NCBI GenBank assembly: GCA_000002445.1
Contig: CM000208.1
Coordinates: forward strand, 3,808,001-3,872,000
Direction: 5' to 3'
Length of the DNA: 64,000 nucleotides
Source of the DNA: Trypanosoma brucei
Taxonomy: Eukaryota
The notes below the pieces were generated by a model that saw nothing but the letters and a program-made list of their open reading frames with translations, made no database searches and was not told the origin of the DNA. The position numbers and the translations under genes are program-made. Shown in pieces: positions 9,835 through 19,858 of the stretch. Numbering within the stretch: position 1 is the first letter of the stretch; every line of letters starts with the position of its first letter.

Positions 9835-12800
9835 ATGTCTGGTCTGACTTCACACAACATCTCAGCTACATCTATTCGTGTGCATGGAATCACACGTGAA
9901 CGTGATATGTGCGTTTTCTGCCGGAAGCGCTCTTCGCCACCACCTAATGATCCGCTGGCACCAGTATTTGCCTTCTTCTCGCTGGTTGACTGCCGTCACT
10001 ACGCGTGCCAACCGTGTGCTCTCGTGCATTGCGACAACGCTGGGCGGCATATACGTTGCCCCGCGTGTTGCGCGATTTCTCGTCTCGCGCAGTCGGGCCG
10101 CCGTCGCGGAAACCGTGTGGATGAACGAGTGCCAATAGATGACGGCGTATCGTCGGCGGCATCGCAGAGCTCAAAAAGAGTGTTGGCCCCACCGAAGCGT
10201 TCACTCTCCGTCACTGACCGGCGGAGACGTACGTCATCTGTTCAGTTCTCAACAAACTTAACATCGCCCAGTGGGCAGAAGGAGGCCCTCAGCACCGGCG
10301 GCTCTAACACGTCATTGACACTTGCCGCGGTCGGCCGGCTGCCAACCGACCCTAACTATAGCAAAGGCAAAGGGGATGAAGGAGGAACCGTTGCGGCCTT
10401 CAGCGAGGAGGAACGAATATCGGTCGATTTGTACACCATTAAGGGCACCGCTGCAAAACGCCCGCGTCGCACAACAGCTGAACGTGCCCGCAGTCAGCCG
10501 CTTCCTCCGGCAGAATATCGCTATTTGCCACCACCAACGCCGTTCCATCGCCCGCCGCCGCTAGTAATTCACACGATTGAGGAGGAAGAAGAGGTTGCGG
10601 CTTCATTCCAACTCATTGTAAGGGAAATCGAGCAAACTATCGCTGCTACGCTAGTAAAGGAGGCAGATGAGCGTGACACAATCGGAATTGCGGAAGCACA
10701 CCGCCGCAACGTCCTTTCAAAATTACGTGAAGAGGATGAAAGAAAGAGATTTGCAGCACATCACGAACTCAATGACGAGTTTTCTGATGCCAAATTAAGT
10801 CCTCGCACAACAACAAACGCATCAGACGGCCAAGTCAGTGAAACATCCGATGAAGGAATGTCAGAACTCTCAACACAACAAGACTCAATTCAAAAGAACT
10901 ACAAACAACCCATAGATCAAAAAGCAATGATCACAAAGGAAAGAACAGGAACACCTACCGCAGCGGAAAAACAAACAAAACACCAACAACAAACAATCAC
11001 CAAACAGAACACTGAAGAAGAAAAAAAAGAAGCAAAAAATGAAAACAATAAGGAGAGTAAAAAAAAACGGCGTGAGCGTGTTGAGGTTGCTACATGGGAT
11101 TCGGAACAACAGCTGCGGCTCTTTGAACAACTTATGGATCTCGCTCGTGATGAACAACAGCACCGTGCCAAAATACAGCGTGACGAAACTCGTATGCATG
11201 CGGAAATGGAACGAAGTGAGGCTAGCGATGTTGCAACAATCAAGGCTGCAATGGAGGCCATGGCAGAGTCAGCACGTAGAGAGCAGGAGGAATTATTGCG
11301 TGATGAGAAGGAAGAACGCTACACCATCCAAGAGGATGAGCGACGGCTACGGCGCAACATAACGCGACAGAGCGCGGAGCTCTCACTCGACGTCAGCATG
11401 CAGCATGTGCAACAACGTGGTAAGGAGGACGCACAAAGGGAATTGGATATGCTAAGGGTTGCACTGGAATCAACTGCTGTTGAAACCACTTCGCGCGCTC
11501 GCCTCAACCTCATTGTAACGGAGGAACTGAGGGCACGTGATTCCCTGTGCAGTGACGAAGCAAGTGAACGAGCCATGCACGCAGCAGAAGAGCGACGTGA
11601 GCGTGTTGAGGTTGCTACATGGGATTCGGAACAACAGCTGCGGCTCTTTGAACAACTTATGGATCTCGCTCGTGATGAACAACAGCACCGTGCCAAAATA
11701 CAGCGTGACGAAACTCGTATGCATGCGGAAATGGAACGAAGTGAGGCTAGCGATGTTGCAACAATCAAGGCTGCAATGGAGGCCATGGCAGAGTCAGCAC
11801 GTAGAGAGCAGGAGGAATTATTGCGTGATGAGAAGGAAGAACGCTACACCATCCAAGAGGATGAGCGACGGCTACGGCGCAACATAACGCGACAGAGCGC
11901 GGAGCTCTCACTCGACGTCAGCATGCAGCATGTGCAACAACGTGGTAAGGAGGACGCACAAAGGGAATTGGATATGCTAAGGGTTGCACTGGAATCAACT
12001 GCTGTTGAAACCACTTCGCGCGCTCGCCTCAACCTCATTGTAACGGAGGAACTGAGGGCACGTGATTCCCTGTGCAGTGACGAAGCAAGTGAACGAGCCA
12101 TGCACGCAGCAGAAGAGCGACGTGAGCGTGTTGAGGTTGCTACATGGGATTCGGAACAACAGCTGCGGCTCTTTGAACAACTTATGGATCTCGCTCGTGA
12201 TGAACAACAGCACCGTGCCAAAATACAGCGTGACGAAACTCGTATGCATGCGGAAATGGAACGAAGTGAGGCTAGCGATGTTGCAACAATCAAGGCTGCA
12301 ATGGAGGCCATGGCAGAGTCAGCACGTAGAGAGCAGGAGGAATTATTGCGTGATGAGAAGGAAGAACGCTACACCATCCAAGAGGATGAGCGGCGGCTAC
12401 GGCGCAACATAACACGACAGAGCGCGGAGCTCTCACTCGACGTCAGCATGCAGCATGTGCAACAACGTGGTAAGGAGGACGCACAAAGGGAATTGGATAT
12501 GCTAAGGGTTGCACTGGAATCAACTGCTGTTGAAACCACTTCGCGCGCTCGCCTCAACCTCATTGTAACGGAGGAACTGAGGGCACGTGATTCCCTGTGC
12601 AGTGACGAAGCAAGTGAACGAGCCATGCACGCAGCAGAAGAGCGACGTGAGCGTGTTGAGGTTGCTACATGGGATTCGGAACAACAGCTGCGGCTCTTTG
12701 AACAACTTATGGATCTCGCTCGTGATGAACAACAGCACCGTGCCAAAATACAGCGTGACGAAACTCGTATGCATGCGGAAATGGAACGAAGTGAGGCTGA

Positions 12801-15081
12801 CGGAATCTTGGCATGCGGTGCTCAGAGTGAAGGAGCCGATTCTTTTGAAGTTGCTTCTTCGGGGTGTGATTGTGTTTTTCGTCCTTCTGGTGCTGATTGT
12901 GCCTCTTTCTCTCCGTATGTTTGTCGAGGGGGTGGTGTTTTGCCGCTTGATGTTGAAATTCCTGTTGGTTTGGCGTATTCAGCGCATGGCAGCACATCAG
13001 CTGAGGTTATTTCAGTTGACTATACCTCTTTTTTGCCTATTGTTGGCAGTGACGCTCAGGGTGAATCATCTTTGTGGAATACTCTTGACGATGATGGTGG
13101 CGTTGTTTTTGGTGATGTTTGCGCGGGTGGGGACGATGTTGGCATTGATGTAAATGACGTTGAGAGTGTGCACATCAGCAGGGGATGTTCAACCGTACTT
13201 GACGCCGGTGGCGTTGGCGCAACTGCTGAAGTATATGCTTTAGATGAAAAGTGGCGTGATGGGACTGCGGTAAGCGCTGAGCCCCCTCGCATTCCAGCAA
13301 GTAGGATTTGTCGTACTTGCTTCTCCACTGATACGAGTAGATGTGCGCGTTGTGGCACAATGGTGTGCTCTCATTGTATTCCTTCAGGTTCGTTTCGTCA
13401 GTGCTGTACGTTACATCACCTTACCATTATCAACAAGAGGTGCAGGGTAATGACTGAAACGAGGGTGCACGCTAGGTGGGAGTGCCGGAGGTTGTTTAGG
13501 CAGTTCCGACTCGAGCAACGGATGAGAAGGCGGAGAGAAAATGTGGTAAACACTCGAGGGTTTGATGTAGTCGTTCTTACACCGGAGCAAAAGGGTGACA
13601 ACTCTAACCTGCACGAGGTTAAGACGCCTCCTAGAGTCACTCGTCGATTCTTAAACCAAGAAAATGACAGTGAGGAAGATGCTGCATGGAAATCACATTA
13701 TCTTGAGTCATGGCCATCTGATTCGGGGCAGATGCCACCTTGCGGACTCAAACAAGAGCGGTTTGATGAATTTAATGATGCCGAAAATAGTATGAACCTA
13801 ACGGCAGATAATGAGCCCAAGACCGAAAGAAAAAGAGCCACAGCATTCTTTGTACCATTAGGTAATAGCGCCGAACCAAGGAGGCCCAAACCTCCGACAC
13901 CTAGAAACTATGTTCCCGGAATTATCCACAATTGTACGAAAGCTCCGCAGAGCAAGCGAGCAGTTTCAAGAATGCGTTTCCGGCGCCTTCGGAGGCAAAA
14001 CGCAACGGGTAATACTAAGAACACAACGTTGAATTCTGCTGCTGCAGGAAGAAATGTACAGGAACATCGCGCCGCAAGCAGTTCCAAGCCGCGGCCACAA
14101 GAAAGCTGGGCACGGCAAAGACCTGTGCAGCGTCAGGGTGCCTTTATTACGGCAGACCCCGTGAGAGGGATCACGAGAAGCGGCCCAACGTCCAATTCCT
14201 GGCGCCGCCGGAATTTCCGCACGAAAAGCCGGTCACCAGCTGGGTATGGCGGCAAAGCAAGTGCTTGCAATTTCCACGGTGATCGATGCGGGGACGCCAT
14301 GGCACTGGGACGCACATATTACGACGGTAACCCCGTGAGGAGTAAGGGGTTGGCTTACGTTCTGGACGAAGAGCCACCACAGAGAGGATATGAGCCGACG
14401 CCACCAACCAGACTGCAGAGCAACCGGGTAGTCAAATCGGGGGTACACAGCGGCGAAGAACATACAAGGATGGGGTGTCAACACGAGTGGGAGCCTGACC
14501 AGCAATGTGTACCATTATTTGAGGAGTTTCATGCGTCTTCCTCGACCCCACCCTGGCGGCCTCCGTTCTCGCGTGACCCACCACCTCCGCGCCGCAACCA
14601 CAGGAACACAAACATAGGAGGTCGAACACACCGTACGCTAGCCCCCTTTCCAGCACGCCAACGCCTTTGCCACCCGCGGCAACGCAGTGCCGCCGACCTC
14701 ACACGCAACGCAAGTCCCGGGCAGGCGTGCAGCAGATTCCATTACAATCCACTGGACGACGTTGATCGTGCTGCCTTCGTTGGTGGACCGCGCGGAGCAC
14801 AACGGCAACCGCCTACGAGTGTAGCGGAGCCATGTATTACCGTGCATCTCTTTCCGCCTTCTTCGTACGGAGGGGGAGCGGGAACTTCTGGACGGCATCC
14901 GTTGCGGGGTCCAACCGCAAGGAGACACTCAAGTCGTGCCCACAGGCCCTCACCAGCTCGAGCGGCTTCACCTCCGTGGCGAACAGACCTAAACACCCCG
15001 TTCATTTGTCCCCCATGGAACGCGAACCGGCCTGACACGTTTATTGCAAAGCCGTATACCCGCACCACGTGCAGAAGGTAG
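9835..15081 (+). CDS. Large RING-finger protein (1748 aa) with internal 175-aa charged tandem repeats and a low-complexity C-terminal half.
   Basis: N-terminal C3HC4-type RING signature (CVFC...CRHYACQPC...CPACC). About 3.3 perfect copies of a 175-aa E/R/Q-rich helical repeat. A second Cys cluster CRTCFSTDTSRCARCGTMVCSHCIPSGSFRQCC. R/P/S-rich tail. A 5.2-kb ORF cannot arise by chance. Confidence 0.6.
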   Translation: MSGLTSHNISATSIRVHGITRERDMCVFCRKRSSPPPNDPLAPVFAFFSLVDCRHYACQPCALVHCDNAGRHIRCPACCAISRLAQSGRRRGNRVDERVPIDDGVSSAASQSSKRVLAPPKRSLSVTDRRRRTSSVQFSTNLTSPSGQKEALSTGGSNTSLTLAAVGRLPTDPNYSKGKGDEGGTVAAFSEEERISVDLYTIKGTAAKRPRRTTAERARSQPLPPAEYRYLPPPTPFHRPPPLVIHTIEEEEEVAASFQLIVREIEQTIAATLVKEADERDTIGIAEAHRRNVLSKLREEDERKRFAAHHELNDEFSDAKLSPRTTTNASDGQVSETSDEGMSELSTQQDSIQKNYKQPIDQKAMITKERTGTPTAAEKQTKHQQQTITKQNTEEEKKEAKNENNKESKKKRRERVEVATWDSEQQLRLFEQLMDLARDEQQHRAKIQRDETRMHAEMERSEASDVATIKAAMEAMAESARREQEELLRDEKEERYTIQEDERRLRRNITRQSAELSLDVSMQHVQQRGKEDAQRELDMLRVALESTAVETTSRARLNLIVTEELRARDSLCSDEASERAMHAAEERRERVEVATWDSEQQLRLFEQLMDLARDEQQHRAKIQRDETRMHAEMERSEASDVATIKAAMEAMAESARREQEELLRDEKEERYTIQEDERRLRRNITRQSAELSLDVSMQHVQQRGKEDAQRELDMLRVALESTAVETTSRARLNLIVTEELRARDSLCSDEASERAMHAAEERRERVEVATWDSEQQLRLFEQLMDLARDEQQHRAKIQRDETRMHAEMERSEASDVATIKAAMEAMAESARREQEELLRDEKEERYTIQEDERRLRRNITRQSAELSLDVSMQHVQQRGKEDAQRELDMLRVALESTAVETTSRARLNLIVTEELRARDSLCSDEASERAMHAAEERRERVEVATWDSEQQLRLFEQLMDLARDEQQHRAKIQRDETRMHAEMERSEADGILACGAQSEGADSFEVASSGCDCVFRPSGADCASFSPYVCRGGGVLPLDVEIPVGLAYSAHGSTSAEVISVDYTSFLPIVGSDAQGESSLWNTLDDDGGVVFGDVCAGGDDVGIDVNDVESVHISRGCSTVLDAGGVGATAEVYALDEKWRDGTAVSAEPPRIPASRICRTCFSTDTSRCARCGTMVCSHCIPSGSFRQCCTLHHLTIINKRCRVMTETRVHARWECRRLFRQFRLEQRMRRRRENVVNTRGFDVVVLTPEQKGDNSNLHEVKTPPRVTRRFLNQENDSEEDAAWKSHYLESWPSDSGQMPPCGLKQERFDEFNDAENSMNLTADNEPKTERKRATAFFVPLGNSAEPRRPKPPTPRNYVPGIIHNCTKAPQSKRAVSRMRFRRLRRQNATGNTKNTTLNSAAAGRNVQEHRAASSSKPRPQESWARQRPVQRQGAFITADPVRGITRSGPTSNSWRRRNFRTKSRSPAGYGGKASACNFHGDRCGDAMALGRTYYDGNPVRSKGLAYVLDEEPPQRGYEPTPPTRLQSNRVVKSGVHSGEEHTRMGCQHEWEPDQQCVPLFEEFHASSSTPPWRPPFSRDPPPPRRNHRNTNIGGRTHRTLAPFPARQRLCHPRQRSAADLTRNASPGQACSRFHYNPLDDVDRAAFVGGPRGAQRQPPTSVAEPCITVHLFPPSSYGGGAGTSGRHPLRGPTARRHSSRAHRPSPARAASPPWRTDLNTPFICPPWNANRPDTFIAKPYTRTTCRR
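11068..12800 (+). repeat. In-frame tandem repeats of 525 bp (175 aa), about 3.3 copies, inside the RING protein CDS.
   Basis: The unit starts RRERVEVATWDSEQQLRLFEQLMDLARDEQQHRAKIQRDETRMHAEMERSEASD and ends DEASERAMHAAEE. Period 525 is seen in ORF-track recurrences (11537/12062/12587; 11844/12369). Nucleotide copies are identical apart from 1-2 SNPs. The antisense ORFs in this span are repeat artefacts. Confidence 0.9.
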
Positions 15082-15171
15082 CAATCCTGTGAAGAAAGGG
15101 GAGACCTTACTTCATATAAGTACGTTTTGTTCCCCTCTTTCGCTCACTCTGCGAATGGATGTAATTGGTAT

Positions 15172-15239
15172 TGTTAGTTCAAGGGCGCTGGCGTAACTTT
15201 GCCAGCTGTTAAGTTACGCCAGCGCCCTTGAACCTAACA
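15172..15239. repeat. Near-perfect inverted repeat (hairpin): a 23-bp perfect stem plus a 5-bp extension with a 1-nt bulge, and an 11-nt loop containing palindromic CAGCTG.
   Basis: gttcaagggcgctggcgtaactt (15177-15199) is the exact reverse complement of aagttacgccagcgcccttgaac (15211-15233). The flanks tgttag and ctaaca extend the stem. It lies 90 nt downstream of the stop of the RING-repeat gene. Confidence 0.85.
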
Positions 15240-16086
15240 GTACCAAAGATTGTGAGAGAGGTGTGAGCTATCAATACGCTCGCAGATGATACTTTAGCCT
15301 ATGGATTACTCGAGATGGAGAAAGAATGTTCTGTTGATATTTTTTATCTTTGTGTATAGGTGGTAAGGTCAAAGATCAAGTAAGGCACGAGTGACGTTTG
15401 CGTGTCGGGAGAGTATTGAATAAAAAAGGGAATAGAGGTATGCGTGCCTCGTTTGCGTATATAGATAGAATGTGAGGGTGATCATATGTATTTGGAGTTT
15501 GAAAGGAAAAAATAAAAGAAGTGCATCTTGACGTAGGGAATTTCACTCTGCCGTTAACTACATGGATATAGAAGGGGATAAAAAGAATATCATAGACGCG
15601 TAATTTGAAGGAAGTAACAATACTTTTGAATTTGACTAGACGTCGTCTTTTTTTTTTTTTAATGTCACCATCGTTACTTGTTATTGTTTCTCACCCGTAT
15701 CATTTCCCCCATTCGTATTCTTGTGTGCGTAACGTTACGATTTGGCAAAGACGCGAAATCAATGAACTTTGTCAGTGATTTTCTGTTGAAGTCTTTTTCG
15801 CCTTGTATTTATAGGGGCTCACGTGAAACTACTTTGCCTATTTCTTCCTTGTCTCTTACCATCTGTATCATGCACTACGCGTGGTGTGTTCGTTAGTTAA
15901 GATCAAATCATTAAAAGGGATATAGAGGAGCACAAGACAGAGGAAGCAAAGGACACATATATATATATACATCTGTACATATATTTTCAGTCCAAGGTTA
16001 CAAGGGACAGAAAGAACTTCATCATCAATAACAGTAAAACATATTACTCAAGGGGTGTTTCACTTCAACGGTTTACTGAAGTAAAT

Positions 16087-17034
16087 ATGAAATCAGAGGG
16101 GACGCCGATACCGACGAGAACGCCGAAGAGCGGGAAGAAGAAGAAGGAATTCACGCAGTTGGCACTCGCGAAGGACCATCGTTTCAACTGGATGGGTCAT
16201 GATGGTACAGAGTCGGAGACGCTCAACCTTGATCTCCTCCGCATCACCAATGAGGGCTGTCTACGCTTCAGTGATCAGGCTCGCCGCGACTACGTCATAA
16301 CGATGATTCGTGCCCGCCTTGGACAAATCAAGCTCGCCCTCGGTCTCTGCACGGAAGAGGACCTCGAGGATGATGAGGATGAAGACGACGACGAAGAGAA
16401 CAGCGAAGCCCAGGTTCTGTGGAGACTCGCCGTCAGGAGAGTAGAATTGCAGCAGGAGGCAGAGGAAAGGGGAGACAGCGGGGAGCCCCTTTACTACGGG
16501 ACGCCTACTGAGGAGGAAGTGGCAGAGGGCTACAGGAACTTCGTCAAGGGCACGCGTGTACTGCTGTCACATCTGAAGCAGACGTTTGTCTCGTACATCG
16601 ACGGCCGTGAATTCAACACGGTTGCGCAGTTGGTGGAGCATAACAATGCTCTTCGCCCAACGTATGAGGAAACTGCCGCCGCTGTCCAGCACCCCAAGTT
16701 CGAGCTGCCGCCTGTGGAAGAGTTTGACGCAGAACCCCTTCAGGCCTACGTTGAAAAGAGAAATGAGTGTCGCATGAAGATTGACGCGCTGCGCTGCTGC
16801 GGCGGTGGCGCGTACGCAATGCGGTACATGCGTGAGGAAGAGCTTGACGAAATTGGAACCCCACGTATCTACGTTGATATGGAGGACACGGAAGCCACTC
16901 TTGACGAAGAACTCCAGAACGCCCGCCAGAACCTTGCGAAGGAACGCTGGGAGTACAACTGCCGTGCGGCGAGGGTTTACCGCCGCTTGCAGAAATTCCT
17001 GGCCAGGCGGGCCGCCGCTGCTGAGCAATCGTAA
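16087..17034 (+). CDS. Hypothetical protein with an acidic tract.
   Basis: ATG verified. Acidic run EDLEDDEDEDDDEENSE. No recognisable domain. The overlapping minus-strand ORFs (16567-17379, 16613-17122) are judged antisense artefacts. Confidence 0.5.
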   Translation: MKSEGTPIPTRTPKSGKKKKEFTQLALAKDHRFNWMGHDGTESETLNLDLLRITNEGCLRFSDQARRDYVITMIRARLGQIKLALGLCTEEDLEDDEDEDDDEENSEAQVLWRLAVRRVELQQEAEERGDSGEPLYYGTPTEEEVAEGYRNFVKGTRVLLSHLKQTFVSYIDGREFNTVAQLVEHNNALRPTYEETAAAVQHPKFELPPVEEFDAEPLQAYVEKRNECRMKIDALRCCGGGAYAMRYMREEELDEIGTPRIYVDMEDTEATLDEELQNARQNLAKERWEYNCRAARVYRRLQKFLARRAAAAEQS

Positions 17035-18265
17035 GTTTATCACTTGACAAGTATGGTAACAGTGATGAAGCGGACCGCAAAGAAACCATTGGAAGGTGAA
17101 GAAGGAGCAGAGGCGGTAGCAAAAGGAGTGCGTAGGCATGTGAGTGGAATTTCGATGTGCTGGACTAGCTTGATTTGATTTTTTGTTTTTTGTTTTTGTT
17201 TTTTTCCCTCCTCTTGTTTGTCCTCCTCTGGTCACCCAGCAGACCTCTCGAACGGTCTCCTGCTCATCACGCAAGAGGGTAAAAAGAAACGGGATGTGCA
17301 AATAAAAGCGTGAACAAGAAGGATGAAAGGGGGGAAGCAAATGAGAAGTGAAGGGGAAAATGTATTTATAGTTTGACACTCACGTACACCCATACAAAGG
17401 TACGTGATGCCAAAGCATCAGCGTATAACGTGAATGTCTGCTACACTGTCTTTCCAAATGTCAAAAAAAAAAATACAGTAAACGACAGAGGAGCCAAAAA
17501 GATTAGGAAGGGGAGACATGCTTATATATATATCTAAATATATATATGTGAGACACGAAAAATGTACGGAGTGCGCAGAGTATGTCTCAGAAGAAAAAAA
17601 CAAGGAAGGCTGTGCAAACGAATAATGTACTACGGAGGGAAATATATGGGATTTGTTAATAAACCAAACCAAACGAACAAAAATAAGACAGAACAAAATG
17701 AAAAGTAGTGAAAAGGGGAAACTGATGAAATATCTCGCCCGAAATATTGCGTTGGTCACTAGGGGGAAGGGGAGTTACAATTAAAGAGAATGAAAGACGA
17801 TAGGACAAATATTTGTATTCATTTGCAAGATGGGGAAAGAGGGAAGGGAACATTGGCTTTTCCCTCTTGTTTTTCTTTCTTTTAAAAACAAAGTGTGTGA
17901 AAGCTGCAGTTGGGGCTTTCGCGTGCGGTGAGAAAGAGGATCTACTTGAGCGCCATCAATTTTTTAAAAAACAACAAAGTTACATAAATATATTACTTTT
18001 TCAGCCCTTCTCCCTATTTTGTGCTGGTGTGTCACTAACTTGCCCAGATCTCTCAGCCTTCTCGCTGCCAAGGAAAGAACAAGAAAAGAGAGGAGGCGAT
18101 AATCATTCTTCTTTTCCGCTTGTAATCTTGCCCCTTTTTGTGAAAGGATGGATTGAATTTTTGTAGTAAATCCTGGTGACGCACATATTTCCCCAGGCTC
18201 TGTATTTCTTTGGGATTTTTGTACCCTTAAACGGTGTTCGTTGAAGAGAAATGGCGGGGGGCGTG

Positions 18266-18305
18266 TCTCCTCTGGTTCCTTTTATGTCTTTGCTACTCAC
18301 CACAG
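18266..18305 (+). promoter_or_regulatory. Polypyrimidine tract plus AG: putative splice acceptor for the 18464 gene.
   Basis: ctcctctggttccttttatgtctttgctactcaccacAG lies about 160 nt upstream of the ATG at 18464. Confidence 0.3.
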
Positions 18306-18463
18306 ACGTATTAATTAGCTGCTATTCATTTTGTGCGACTCTTACGCAAATTCATTTGCTCCATTCGTTGTCTCCACCAGGGCGAGTACCACTTAACCGC
18401 CCCGCCAAGTGAAGGACGCTCACCAACCGGTAAGAACTGTAGTAAAAAAAAAAAAAGGAATTC

Positions 18464-19858
18464 ATGATCCAGTCGTCTAAAGAGCGAAAGAAACATAGAG
18501 GGACGTTGGCACGTGGTCGATCCTGTTTATACTGCCGTCAACAAAGCTGCCCCGGGACTCACAACTGCGCGGGTCGTTTGCATCCCAAACAGCCACTTCG
18601 GCGAGGGCAGTCCCAGAAGGTGGGTGAAGCAGCACAGCAACGGCAGTGGGGAGGGTGGCTAGAGCGAACGAGACGAGTTATAGAAGAGAGCATGCAACCT
18701 CAGGCCTCTACTTTGGATCGGAAACTGAAACTGTTGCGCATGCGGCGCATAAAGCCTGGTAATGGCTCGTTCATCTGCACGGGAAATCGGACAGGTGAAT
18801 CTCAGCCCCATGCCACGGACGGTGGTGAGCGCGCCGCCGGACACCGAGCGGAGAGCACGGGGACCTTAACCACGGGTCAGGGAGCATCAACGATGACCGG
18901 CATGGCCAGTTCACTCGCCCCCTCCTTGACACCAACTCAGGAATCCGCCCTGTTGTCAAAAATAGAAAGTCTAGAAAATATAGTAAAGGAGCTCGCGTTA
19001 CAGAACACGACGCAGTACCAGGCGATATCGGAATTAAAATCGTCATTGGAGCATTGCAACAGCCCCCCAAAGCAGGTGACCTCACTGTCACAACCGGGAG
19101 CAGAGCCTTCAGGGGGAATCACCTCTCTACTACCTACAAGAGAATGTGGAGTGCACGCGCCCCTTGCAATGGACGACATCTCGCGGTCGGGGACCTTCTC
19201 TACGAGTTATAGTGGGAAGAGGGAGATAATCTCGCAGGCTGCGAAGGGAATTGTATCAGTGCAGCCTTACGAGAGCTTGGGTCACGATGCCCCTCCGTCG
19301 CTCGACTTTTCCGATGCAGCTAACAAGGTCGGAAAGGGTGGCTACCCCGCCCAAGAAAGTTCACTTCAGAAAATTTTTGATTCCACCAGTGATAATTTGG
19401 CTGACGAAACATTGCAGTTACGAAAGCAGCTGCGAGCGGCGGAACGGAAGGTTTTAGCATGGGAAAGGTGGTACGTGCGTCAAAAGCAGCAGGCTGATGA
19501 AAAAATGAAGCCGCTAACGCCGTCCAGGAGACCAACGAAGGAAGAGCCACCAACGTTTGGTCCCGATGCTCATCGCGGGGAGGGACGCACTGTTTCGGAA
19601 GCGGAGCGGGGTCCAAAGCAACAGGAACAGCCGCGGGTGCTATTTCGGGCAATGCCTGTTGGAGGGCTTACGAGTCGGTTGAAGCGTGGTAATGAGACGC
19701 GTGACGGCGCTATGAACCTGAACGCGGGCGCGGGTAACACGCTGGCACTCGATGCTTACACATTGTTGGCCCGCGAGGCCGCCTGGAGGGAAGTAGCAGC
19801 CGACGAGAGGGCATCTTTTTTAGAAACTTTTGCCAATGCAGGTCACGACGCCGTGTAG
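18464..19858 (+). CDS. Hypothetical protein with a predicted coiled-coil segment.
   Basis: ATG verified at 18464. Central segment LLSKIESLENIVKELALQNTTQYQAISELKSSLEH looks coiled-coil. No family recognised. Confidence 0.45.
   Translation: MIQSSKERKKHRGTLARGRSCLYCRQQSCPGTHNCAGRLHPKQPLRRGQSQKVGEAAQQRQWGGWLERTRRVIEESMQPQASTLDRKLKLLRMRRIKPGNGSFICTGNRTGESQPHATDGGERAAGHRAESTGTLTTGQGASTMTGMASSLAPSLTPTQESALLSKIESLENIVKELALQNTTQYQAISELKSSLEHCNSPPKQVTSLSQPGAEPSGGITSLLPTRECGVHAPLAMDDISRSGTFSTSYSGKREIISQAAKGIVSVQPYESLGHDAPPSLDFSDAANKVGKGGYPAQESSLQKIFDSTSDNLADETLQLRKQLRAAERKVLAWERWYVRQKQQADEKMKPLTPSRRPTKEEPPTFGPDAHRGEGRTVSEAERGPKQQEQPRVLFRAMPVGGLTSRLKRGNETRDGAMNLNAGAGNTLALDAYTLLAREAAWREVAADERASFLETFANAGHDAV

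Noticed and set aside
10885-12997. Multiple 84-188-aa ORFs on both strands inside the 525-bp repeat region.
   Set aside because: They recur only because the underlying DNA is tandemly repeated. They are alternative or antisense frames of the real + frame encoding the 175-aa repeat.
16567-17379. A 270-aa minus-strand ORF, plus a 169-aa one at 16613-17122, overlapping the + gene at 16087-17034.
   Set aside because: It is antisense to a well-supported + ORF in a strictly co-directional cluster and has no motif. It is typical of GC-rich coding sequence staying open on the opposite strand.
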